Source: Flavobacteriaceae bacterium (GTDB taxonomy: Bacteria > Bacteroidota > Bacteroidia > Flavobacteriales > Flavobacteriaceae). Taken from it: DNA of 64,000 nt. A model generated the notes under the pieces. It was not told where the DNA came from and searched no databases. It saw only the letters and a list, made by a program, of their open reading frames with translations. The stretch lies in contig DASSWN010000005.1 in assembly GCA_035704905.1 (NCBI GenBank), positions 1,549 through 65,548 of the forward strand, given 5' to 3'. Shown here one piece after another: positions 26,870-34,653 of the stretch. A program made the translations under genes and the position numbers. The number at the start of each line of letters is the position of its first letter. Position 1 is the first letter of the stretch.

Positions 26870-28198
26870 ATGTTCGATAATTTAAGCGATAAACTCGACA
26901 AAGCGCTCCACGTCCTGAAAGGGCACGGGCAAATCACCGAAATAAATGTGGCCGAAACCCTCAAGGAAGTCCGCAGGGCTTTGGTGGACGCCGATGTAAA
27001 CTATAAAATTGCCAAAGAATTCACTTCTACCGTAAAGGAGAAAGCTTTGGGCCAAGATGTGCTTTCAAGTTTGAAGCCGGGGCAATTGATGGTGAAAATC
27101 GTAAAAGATGAACTGACGGAATTAATGGGTGGCGATGCCGAGGGAATCAACCTTTCGGGAAGCCCAAGCGTGATTCTAATGTCCGGCTTACAAGGAAGCG
27201 GTAAGACGACTTTCTCCGGAAAATTGGCAAATTTCCTAAAAAACAAGAAAACAAAAAAACCTTTATTGGTTGCTTGTGATGTGTATCGTCCGGCAGCAAT
27301 CGATCAATTGCACGTGGTGGGCGAGCAAATCGGTGTTGAGGTTTTTTCACAGCGTGAAAATACCGATCCGGTTTCCATAGCGAAAAACGCGATCGCGCAT
27401 GCGAAACAAAATGGACACAACGTAGTAATCATCGATACCGCGGGCCGTTTGGCCGTTGACGAAGCGATGATGACCGAAATTTCCAATATTCATCAAGCCA
27501 TTCAACCGCAGGAAACTTTGTTTGTAGTGGATGCCATGACGGGGCAAGATGCCGTCAATACTGCAAAAGCCTTTAACGACCGTTTGAATTTTGACGGGGT
27601 TATCTTGACAAAACTCGATGGCGACACGCGTGGTGGCGCTGCGATTTCCATTAAATCGGTGGTGAACAAACCCATAAAATTCATCGGTACGGGTGAAAAA
27701 ATGGATGCCATCGACATTTTCTATCCTTCCCGAATGGCGGAACGTATTTTGGGAATGGGCGATGTGATTTCCTTAGTGGAAAGGGCGCAGGAACAATATG
27801 ACGAAGAGGAAGCACGAAAAATTCAGAAGAAAATCGCCAAGAACCAATTTGGGTTCGATGATTTCTTGAAGCAAATCCAGCAGGTCAAGAAAATGGGGAA
27901 CATGAAAGACCTGATGGGAATGATTCCCGGTGCCGGCAAAATGATGAAAGATATTGATATCGATGACGATGCGTTCAAAGGAGTTGAAGCAATTATTCAT
28001 TCCATGACCCCGGAGGAGCGCGCGCAACCAAAAGTCATCAATCCAAGCCGGAAAAAACGGATCGGAAAAGGTTCCGGAACCTCGGTGCAAGAGGTGAACC
28101 AGCTTTTGAAGCAATTTCAACAAATGAGCAAAATGATGAAAATGATGCAAGGCGGCGGCGGAAAAAAAATGATGCAAATGATGAAGGGAATGAAGTAG
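26870..28198 (+). CDS. ffh: Signal recognition particle protein
   Basis: The NG domain contains GLQGSGKTT and DTAGR. The M domain ends in a Met-rich tail (MMKMMQGGGGKKMMQMMKGMK). Confidence 0.95.
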   Translation: MFDNLSDKLDKALHVLKGHGQITEINVAETLKEVRRALVDADVNYKIAKEFTSTVKEKALGQDVLSSLKPGQLMVKIVKDELTELMGGDAEGINLSGSPSVILMSGLQGSGKTTFSGKLANFLKNKKTKKPLLVACDVYRPAAIDQLHVVGEQIGVEVFSQRENTDPVSIAKNAIAHAKQNGHNVVIIDTAGRLAVDEAMMTEISNIHQAIQPQETLFVVDAMTGQDAVNTAKAFNDRLNFDGVILTKLDGDTRGGAAISIKSVVNKPIKFIGTGEKMDAIDIFYPSRMAERILGMGDVISLVERAQEQYDEEEARKIQKKIAKNQFGFDDFLKQIQQVKKMGNMKDLMGMIPGAGKMMKDIDIDDDAFKGVEAIIHSMTPEERAQPKVINPSRKKRIGKGSGTSVQEVNQLLKQFQQMSKMMKMMQGGGGKKMMQMMKGMK

Positions 28199-28483
28199 TA
28201 TTCAGTTTTCAGTTCGCAGTTGCAGTTGGCAGTCGCAGTTGGCAGTAACAGTTATGTGTAGTAGAAGAAAAGGAAAAAACATGAGCTTTAAGTCATTGAT
28301 GGCATATAAAATGAGTTTTGCTTTGGCGGATGATAGATGCGGAAACAAGTTCAGCATGACAGAATTAAGAATATAAAATTGCTAAAAAGCATTTCAATAC
28401 TGGAGGCTTGTTAAATTATATGATCCTTCATCCCGAATAATTTAGGGTAAACACTGACTAAACACTGAAAACTGACTACTAAA
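28199..28483. repeat. Inverted-arm cassette (CAGT units on the left, ACTG units on the right) filling the ffh-folD spacer
   Basis: The left arm (28199-28252) has 8 CAGT units spaced 6-7 nt apart. The right arm (28449-28483) has the complementary ACTG units. The cassette spans from the ffh stop to 4 nt before the folD ATG. Confidence 0.8.
28281..28440 (+). pseudogene. Internally deleted four-helix-bundle (23S rRNA intervening-sequence-like) gene remnant
   Basis: 28281-28376 encodes MSFKSLMAYKMSFALA..., which resembles the family N-terminus (.DL.AYKKAF.LA). 28390-28440, in another frame, encodes ..GGLLNYMILHPE*, which resembles the family C-terminus (..GKLLNYMI.NP). The central roughly 90 residues are missing. 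Confidence 0.6.
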
Positions 28484-28487
28484 AAAG

Positions 28488-29363
28488 ATGACACTTCTCG
28501 ACGGAAAGAAAATAAGCAACGACATTAAAGATGAAATCGCGGAAAAGGTTTCCAAAATGAAACAGCGCGGTGAAAAAGTCCCACATTTGGCGGCTTTGAT
28601 TGTCGGGAACGATGGCGCGAGTTTAACCTATGTTGCAAGCAAAGTGAAGTCTTGCGAGCGCGTCGGATTTGAATCTACTTTGGTGAAATTGCCGGAAACG
28701 GTTCAAGAACAGGAATTGCTGGAAAAAATTGAGGAGTTCAACAAGAATGACGATATCGATGGCTTTATTGTGCAATTGCCATTGCCGCCGCAAATCGATA
28801 CGCAAAAAGTTATTATGGCCATTGATCCCAGCAAAGATGTGGACGGTTTTCATCCTATGAATTTTGGGAAAATGGCCTTGGATATGACCACTTTTATTCC
28901 CGCGACACCGTTTGGAATTTTGGAATTGTTGGAACGCTACAATGTTGATACGAAAGGAAAACACACTGTGGTTATTGGACGCAGCCATATTGTTGGCCGG
29001 CCGATGAGTATTTTAATGGGAAGAAAAGGTTGGCCGGGAAATTCCACCGTGACCTTAACGCATAGTCACACCAAAAACATTACCCAGATTATCAGTCAGG
29101 CCGATATTGTGATTTCTGCATTGGGAATCCCGAATTTCGTAAAAGCTGAAATGGTTCGCGACGATGCTGTTGTGATTGACGTGGGCATTACGCGTGTGCC
29201 CGATGCAACCAAAAAATCCGGATTCCGATTGGCCGGTGATGTGGATTTCGAAAATGTGAGCAAAAAAGCTTCCTTTATTACGCCCGTTCCAGGCGGGGTT
29301 GGTCCAATGACAATTGCCATGTTATTGAAAAACACGCTTTTGGCGCGGGAACGTAGGAAATAG
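28488..29363 (+). CDS. folD: Bifunctional methylenetetrahydrofolate dehydrogenase / methenyl-THF cyclohydrolase
   Basis: It contains VGNDGASLTYV, DGFIVQLPLP, GRSHIVGRPM and PVPGGVGPMT, which are FolD motifs. Confidence 0.95.
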   Translation: MTLLDGKKISNDIKDEIAEKVSKMKQRGEKVPHLAALIVGNDGASLTYVASKVKSCERVGFESTLVKLPETVQEQELLEKIEEFNKNDDIDGFIVQLPLPPQIDTQKVIMAIDPSKDVDGFHPMNFGKMALDMTTFIPATPFGILELLERYNVDTKGKHTVVIGRSHIVGRPMSILMGRKGWPGNSTVTLTHSHTKNITQIISQADIVISALGIPNFVKAEMVRDDAVVIDVGITRVPDATKKSGFRLAGDVDFENVSKKASFITPVPGGVGPMTIAMLLKNTLLARERRK

Positions 29364-29535
29364 TGTGCAGTAGGCAGTGGCAGTGTGAAGCAGAAGTTTT
29401 GAACAATCTATTCATCTGCGAACTTATCAGGTATGTCATTAAAGGGAAAATGATCGTTACCAAATTAAGCTATTATATCTACCATAAATTCATCTATCGG
29501 TTACTGCCAACTGCTACTGCCCACTGCCTACTAAC
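29364..29535. repeat. Second CAGT/ACTG inverted-arm cassette, filling the spacer after folD
   Basis: The left arm is gtgtgCAGTaggCAGTggCAGTgtgaagCAG. The right arm is ttACTGccaACTGctACTGcccACTGcctACTaac. The core is about 105 nt with no convincing ORF. The right arm overlaps the TAG stop of the DUF1232 gene. Confidence 0.75.
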
Positions 29536-29926
29536 TTTCCATTTTCCAGTCCAAATATTTGTGCAGATCTGTTTCCACAAAACGCATGGCAATGGTAAGC
29601 ACCGTAAGGTCATCGATATATCCCAGACCCGGAATAAAATCGGGAATAATATCGAACGGGTTCAAAATGTACAATAAGGTAAAAATAACCGAGGCCACAG
29701 TGAACCACGGCACTTGTTTGTAAATTCCCTTGCGATAATCTTTAAGCATGTTCAGCATTAATTTGCCGAGTTCCGTATATTTCTCCAACATACCGGTATG
29801 GGCCAATTTTTTATTGATTTCTTCTTCACTGTCGAGTACATCCGTCAAATCATTTTCGTCCATGTTTCGACCCTGGTTTTTCACAAAGTCTTCGTTAATT
29901 ACTGAGGTTCTTTTTTGTGATTTCAT
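29531..29926 (-). CDS. DUF1232 (YkvA-like) membrane protein
   Basis: The 131-aa product contains LLYILNPFDIIPDFIPGLGYIDDL, the DUF1232 signature. Its ATG at 29926 overlaps the upstream TGA as ATGA. The longer 270-aa ORF in the track is an out-of-context extension. Confidence 0.75.
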   Translation of the reverse strand: MKSQKRTSVINEDFVKNQGRNMDENDLTDVLDSEEEINKKLAHTGMLEKYTELGKLMLNMLKDYRKGIYKQVPWFTVASVIFTLLYILNPFDIIPDFIPGLGYIDDLTVLTIAMRFVETDLHKYLDWKMES

Positions 29927-30957
29927 AATTTTGGTATTTCTTGTTGTGGTTCTTTTTTTCCGAATTCTTTTTTGTAAATTTTTAAAATCAGTAAGAAAAG
30001 TGATATTAAAAGCGGCCCAAAAATCAGACCGATAAATCCGAACAAAGGCACCCCAACAACCACGCCAATTAAAGTAATGAGCGGGTGCACATTGTCCAAT
30101 CTTCTTAAAACATAAAGCCGAATGAGGTTGTCGGTGGCACCAACAACGACCAATCCATAAATTAAAATTGAAATTGCCTGCGTGGTTTGATCTTGCGCCA
30201 AGAGTAATATAGTTACCGGAACAATTCCCAATAAGGTGCCCACAAATGGAATCATGGATCCAATGGTCGTTATAGCGAACCAGAAAAATGGATCGGGCAC
30301 ATTGAAAATTAAAAACCCGATCAGGGCAATGACACCTTGACAAATGGCAACAAGCGGAATTCCAATGGCATTCGCGCGAACCATACTGGTACTTTCTTTT
30401 CCGATTAATTGTAAATTTTCATGACCAATCGGAATATAGGCGTCTAAAGCATCGCGTAATTCTTTTCGGTTAATGAGCATATAATACAAAATAAAATACA
30501 TGATGCCAATCGCGATAAAAGCTTCGAAAGTTCCGCCGGCTAAATTTTGGATATTGGTGGAAATCCAAGAAGTGATTTTGCCTGTATCTATTTGGCCGCT
30601 GATATCATAGCCGAATGAATCCTCCAGTTTGTTGATCTGTGATTTTATGATGTCGATTATTTTCTGCGAATTGTTCACCGCCTTGCTTATTTTCGATCCT
30701 AAAAGGAGGACAATACCCGAAATGGGAAGTAAAATCCCGATGAAGGAAGCCAGCATCAACAGTGATGCCGCCAAATTTTTGTTCCAGCCTTTTTCCAGTA
30801 ATTTTGTCATCCATTTTCGGAAGAGCACATAAAGGGTCACTCCTCCCAAAACACCCGACAGATATGGGATCATTTCACGGAATATCAAGATCGCCGCAAA
30901 AACGATTAGCAGTAAAATGAAAAGTTGCCGTACCAGTATCGGAGGGAGTTTTCCCAT
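29923..30957 (-). CDS. AI-2E family transporter (PerM/YdiK-like permease)
   Basis: The 344-aa polytopic protein has the typical topology for this family. It contains the IPFVGTLLG region and GLIFGP near the C-terminus. Confidence 0.8.
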   Translation of the reverse strand: MGKLPPILVRQLFILLLIVFAAILIFREMIPYLSGVLGGVTLYVLFRKWMTKLLEKGWNKNLAASLLMLASFIGILLPISGIVLLLGSKISKAVNNSQKIIDIIKSQINKLEDSFGYDISGQIDTGKITSWISTNIQNLAGGTFEAFIAIGIMYFILYYMLINRKELRDALDAYIPIGHENLQLIGKESTSMVRANAIGIPLVAICQGVIALIGFLIFNVPDPFFWFAITTIGSMIPFVGTLLGIVPVTILLLAQDQTTQAISILIYGLVVVGATDNLIRLYVLRRLDNVHPLITLIGVVVGVPLFGFIGLIFGPLLISLFLLILKIYKKEFGKKEPQQEIPKL

Positions 30958-30958
30958 A

Positions 30959-31384
30959 TTATTTAATGAATAATTGATCTATATTTTTAAATGCTTTGAA
31001 TTCCAATGAGTTTTGTGATGGATCTCGAAAAAACATGGTTGCTTGTTCGCCCGGTTCTCCTTCAAAACGAATATACGGTTCAATAACAAAAGAGATTTGG
31101 TTTGCTTTTAAATGTTCGGCAAATTCTTGAAAATCTTTCCATGGAAGCACCACTCCAAAATGCGGAATCGGAACTTGCTTGCCGTCCACTTGGCCGTAAG
31201 TTTCGGTATTGTTCTCTTTCATTTTTTGTTCATGAAGAACCAACTGGTGACCAAAAAAATTGAAATCCACCCAATGTTCGCTGCTGCGACCTTCCTGAAA
31301 ACCTAAACTATCGCGATAAAACCTTCGGTTGGTTTCCAAATTATCCACAGGAATAGCCAAGTGAAAAGGAGAAAGCACTGACAT
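30959..31384 (-). CDS. VOC (glyoxalase/bleomycin-resistance/dioxygenase) family protein
   Basis: The 141-aa ORF starts FHLAIPVDNLETNRRFYRDSLGF. It has a paired beta-alpha-beta-beta-beta module pattern. Confidence 0.7.
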   Translation of the reverse strand: MSVLSPFHLAIPVDNLETNRRFYRDSLGFQEGRSSEHWVDFNFFGHQLVLHEQKMKENNTETYGQVDGKQVPIPHFGVVLPWKDFQEFAEHLKANQISFVIEPYIRFEGEPGEQATMFFRDPSQNSLEFKAFKNIDQLFIK

Positions 31385-31439
31385 AAAAATTTTGTTTTGA
31401 AAGTTACTGCGAAAAACGGAAAAAAGCCTTAAATATATG

Positions 31440-32198
31440 TTAGTGTTTCGATTTTTTTTGTTTTTCTATCGGTTTATGGGTTTTCTGCGAACTGGCGAGT
31501 AGGTCATTCATTTCGGCCAGTTCCGAAGGAGTTAAATCGCGGTATTTTCCCACGGGAACATCCAACAAAACATTCATGATTCGGATGCGTTTCAATGCGG
31601 TTACTTCGTAGCCCAAATATTCGCACATTCTTCGAATTTGCCGGTTCAATCCTTGTGTCAATACCATCCGAAAAGTATGGTTACTAATCCGTTCCACTTC
31701 ACATTTCTTGGTCATGGTGCCCAAAATTGGAATTCCATTGCGCATGCGTTCAATAAAATCCGGATTGATCAGTCGATCAACGGTGACGATGTATTCTTTT
31801 CCGTGATTGTTTTTGGAACGAAGGATTTTGTTCACAATATCGCCGTCATTCGTCAATAAAATAAGGCCCTCGCTCGCTTTGTCCAATCTTCCGATCGGAA
31901 AAATTCGTGTGGGATAATTTATGAAATCGATAATGTTGTCTTTTTCTACACCCGTATCGGTGGTACACACAATGCCCACGGGTTTGTTGAATGCCAAATA
32001 CACCGGATTTTGCTGTCTTTCGCCCACCAATTTTCCGTTGACGCGAATTTCATCTTCCGCTGTAATTTTTGTTCCCATTTCAGGAAGCTCCCCATTGATG
32101 GTAACGCGCCCTTCTTCAATCAGTTTATCGGCAGCCCGGCGGGAACAGTAACCGATTTCGCTTAAATATTTATTTATGCGCGTGCGTTTGGTTTCCAA
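31440..32198 (-). CDS. rluF: 23S rRNA pseudouridine synthase, RluF-like (RsuA family)
   Basis: It has an S4 domain (RINKYLSEIGYCSRRAADKLIEEGRV), the catalytic motif GRLDKASEGL, and a Lys-rich tail. Confidence 0.8.
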   Translation of the reverse strand: METKRTRINKYLSEIGYCSRRAADKLIEEGRVTINGELPEMGTKITAEDEIRVNGKLVGERQQNPVYLAFNKPVGIVCTTDTGVEKDNIIDFINYPTRIFPIGRLDKASEGLILLTNDGDIVNKILRSKNNHGKEYIVTVDRLINPDFIERMRNGIPILGTMTKKCEVERISNHTFRMVLTQGLNRQIRRMCEYLGYEVTALKRIRIMNVLLDVPVGKYRDLTPSELAEMNDLLASSQKTHKPIEKQKKSKH

Positions 32199-32268
32199 AA
32201 GATGAATTTTTAGAATGAATTAAAATGAATTATTCCTCAAAAGGAAAAAAATCCTTTGAAAAAAGAAA

Positions 32269-32451
32269 TTATTCGTCGGTGTCTTTGCGGCGTTTTAAAA
32301 TACCAATTCCGGAAAGGAAAAAAATGAACCCAACAATAGCCGGTGCCCATGGGTTGATAATAAGGGAAATGCTTCCGAATATGCCAAATATTCCGGCAAT
32401 TAGCGCGATCATTCCCAAAACGGTCAGGGTCATTCCAAGTACTTTTATCAT
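32269..32451 (-). CDS. Small hypothetical membrane protein
   Basis: The product MIKVLGMTLTVLGMIALIAGIFGIFG...AIVGFIFFLSGIGILKRRKDTDE has two TM helices. I chose the internal ATG because it avoids overlap with the upstream gene. Confidence 0.45.
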   Translation of the reverse strand: MIKVLGMTLTVLGMIALIAGIFGIFGSISLIINPWAPAIVGFIFFLSGIGILKRRKDTDE

Positions 32452-32498
32452 AATTTCAATTTTGGTTAATGTTATTTGTTGAGAGTTTCCCGGCAGAT

Positions 32499-33068
32499 TC
32501 ATTGCCACCCGATCCAAAAATAAGTTATTTCTGTGTTCGGGGGAATTTGCGCAGCCGTTATTTCATCTGCGTTTATATCATTCGGAAGTTCTTTTTTGTC
32601 GATGGTCACATAGGCATTTATTTCATCAATGAAAATCACCAATGCATTCAAGGTGTTTTCAATGCGCGAAATATGGTAATTTGCCACAATATCTTTAAAA
32701 GTGCTTTCTGGGCCGAAGCCTTCTTTGGTTTTGAAGCGCGGATCAATAATTTGAATATTCCCAATTGCGCTTGTGGAATCGAAATTTTGTACGGGGTCCA
32801 AACGCAATAATTTGGAGCCGTTTTTATCATAAATGAAAATTTCGTTTTCACTTCCGAAAACCCCTGTCGTCTTTTTTATCACAACGGAATCATTCGGATA
32901 AAGCGAATCCAACTGTCTAATCTGAGTCTTTTTCGTTAGTGGACCGACCGATGAATCGCCAATTAAAAACGGATCGGCCCTTTCTTTTTGACAAGAAAAA
33001 AACAATAAAGAAAGAACGCTCAGCCTTAAAACCAGATTTTTCATAAAAATTTTTAAAGTCCGTTTCAT
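32499..33068 (-). CDS. Hypothetical lipoprotein
   Basis: The signal peptide has a lipobox (LLFFSC). The ORF is 189 aa and I recognise no family. Confidence 0.55.
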   Translation of the reverse strand: MKRTLKIFMKNLVLRLSVLSLLFFSCQKERADPFLIGDSSVGPLTKKTQIRQLDSLYPNDSVVIKKTTGVFGSENEIFIYDKNGSKLLRLDPVQNFDSTSAIGNIQIIDPRFKTKEGFGPESTFKDIVANYHISRIENTLNALVIFIDEINAYVTIDKKELPNDINADEITAAQIPPNTEITYFWIGWQ

Positions 33069-33207
33069 AACCTTTTTCAGCTTCGAAAAAGAAAATGAAA
33101 TATAAAAGTAAACATTGCTTTGCTATTGTGGAAATTTAACGCGTTTTTTTAGAATATTTTATAATTCCCCACGAAAAGCCTTCCCAAAAAACCATCAAGA
33201 AAATAAG

Positions 33208-33215
33208 TACCTTTG
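33208..33215 (+). promoter_or_regulatory. -7 promoter box (TAccTTTG) immediately upstream of queE
   Basis: TAccTTTG ends only 6 nt before the ATG at 33222. This implies a very short or absent leader, or a downstream start. Confidence 0.35.
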
Positions 33216-33221
33216 CAGCTT

Positions 33222-33854
33222 ATGATGAAAGTTGAAACAGATCGGTTGGTGTCGGAAGGAAAAATGTTGCCACTAATGGAAGCTTTTTATACCATTCAAG
33301 GGGAAGGTTTTCATAAAGGAACAGCGGCTTATTTTATACGATTGGGCGGTTGCGATGTCGGCTGCCATTGGTGCGATGTAAAAGAAAGTTGGAACGCGGA
33401 ACTTCATCCGCCAACCTCCACCGAACAAATAGTTGCCGAGGCAATGAAATTCAGTCAGGTAGTGGTGGTTACTGGCGGCGAACCTCTTATGTGGGATATG
33501 AGCGAACTCACCGGGCTTTTGAAGAAAAACAATGCCCAAATTCATATTGAAACTTCCGGGGCTTATCCGTTAACGGGCATTTGGGATTGGATTTGCCTTT
33601 CTCCCAAAAAAACGAAATTGCCTACCCAAAAAATATATGAGGTCGCCAATGAACTGAAAATCATTGTTTTCAATAAACATGATTTTCAATTTGCGGAACA
33701 GCAAGCGGAAAAGGTAAATTCGAACTGTATGCTATACCTGCAACCGGAATGGAGCGTTCGTGAGAAAATCATGCCGCTGATCGTGGATTATGTGCTGAAA
33801 AACCCCAAATGGAAGGTTTCGCTTCAAACACACAAATATTTGAATATTCCGTAG
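33222..33854 (+). CDS. queE: 7-carboxy-7-deazaguanine synthase (radical SAM)
   Basis: It contains LPLMEAFYTIQGEGFHKGTAAYFIRLGGCDVGCHWCDVKESW, the QueE cluster motif. The start is uncertain (33222 ATG or 33264 ATG). Confidence 0.85.
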   Translation: MMKVETDRLVSEGKMLPLMEAFYTIQGEGFHKGTAAYFIRLGGCDVGCHWCDVKESWNAELHPPTSTEQIVAEAMKFSQVVVVTGGEPLMWDMSELTGLLKKNNAQIHIETSGAYPLTGIWDWICLSPKKTKLPTQKIYEVANELKIIVFNKHDFQFAEQQAEKVNSNCMLYLQPEWSVREKIMPLIVDYVLKNPKWKVSLQTHKYLNIP

Positions 33855-33894
33855 ATTGGCATTAACCAATTTCGTTTTTGCCGCTGCACAACTT

Positions 33895-34434
33895 CTAATC
33901 ATTTTCTTTCAAAAAAGGCACTTCCACGTAAGTATCGTCCCAGCCCATCAATAATTTGGCACCATTTTCCACAGGTTGAAAAGTCATGGAAAAAGCCTCT
34001 ACGGGAGCCGAGGTTTGTTCGGCAGGAACCTTCACACGCAGCACATCTTTTTCTTCATCATAGCCGAAAGCGCCCCAAACGTTTACAGCATTATTGATGA
34101 TAATTGTCCACTCATCTTTGGCGGGAATAGTGTAAAGCGTGTACGTTCCCGCCGGAACCCGTTCTCCGTTAATTGTCATGTCGGCATACAAAGTGATTTC
34201 CGTGGCTTCATTTGCCCCGGTTCTCCAAACCTCGCTATATGGCACCAAGCCGCCAAAAATTTTGCGCCCGTTTTTTTGCGGACGGCTGTAAATGATCCTG
34301 ATCATTGGCATGTTGTTTTCTCCACGAATAAATGCCACGTCCATCGGGCTTTTATCCAATTCCGAAAAATCTTGTGCGTAGATAGACGGAAAGCTAAAAA
34401 GAAGCACACCGAAAATTAAAAATAGTTTTTTCAT
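33895..34434 (-). CDS. DUF2911-domain secreted protein
   Basis: A signal peptide is followed by IIYSRPQKNGRKIFGGLVPYSEVWRTGANEAT and AGTYTLYTIP, which are typical of DUF2911. Confidence 0.7.
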   Translation of the reverse strand: MKKLFLIFGVLLFSFPSIYAQDFSELDKSPMDVAFIRGENNMPMIRIIYSRPQKNGRKIFGGLVPYSEVWRTGANEATEITLYADMTINGERVPAGTYTLYTIPAKDEWTIIINNAVNVWGAFGYDEEKDVLRVKVPAEQTSAPVEAFSMTFQPVENGAKLLMGWDDTYVEVPFLKEND

Positions 34435-34618
34435 TTTTTTGAATTTTAAGATTTTAAAAGTAGGTCTTCCGCGCAAAAATTTCAACTATATTTTTGTTAA
34501 ATTAAATATAGACTGAAAAATTGATTTTTTTTCAGAAAAGAGACGTTTTGGTTTGCAAATTGTTAATAACTTCGCTGTGCCGCAAATGGAAGTATTTCCA
34601 TAAAATGGCTTATTTCCG

Positions 34619-34626
34619 TATCTTTG
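34619..34626 (+). promoter_or_regulatory. -7 promoter box (TAtcTTTG) for gyrB
   Basis: TAtcTTTG ends 28 nt upstream of the gyrB ATG. Confidence 0.45.
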
Positions 34627-34653
34627 TAAAAAGTTGATAATTAAGAAAATTTT

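Noticed and set aside
28120-28198. A Met/Gly/Lys-rich low-complexity tract at the end of the ffh ORF
   Set aside because: It is the normal methionine-rich C-terminal tail of the SRP54 M domain. It is not a repeat expansion or a frameshift product.
28199-28252. Whether the CAGT tandem units could be a CRISPR array or a microsatellite
   Set aside because: The units are only 6-7 nt long with no spacers of unique sequence. They are matched by a complementary arm about 200 nt away. I therefore describe them as inverted-arm cassettes.
29927-30343. The N-terminal extension that turns the DUF1232 ORF into a 270-aa protein
   Set aside because: The extension overlaps the AI-2E permease gene in another frame and is Cys/His/Trp-rich nonsense. 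An internal ATG at 29926 gives a normal-length DUF1232 protein with ATGA coupling to the permease stop.
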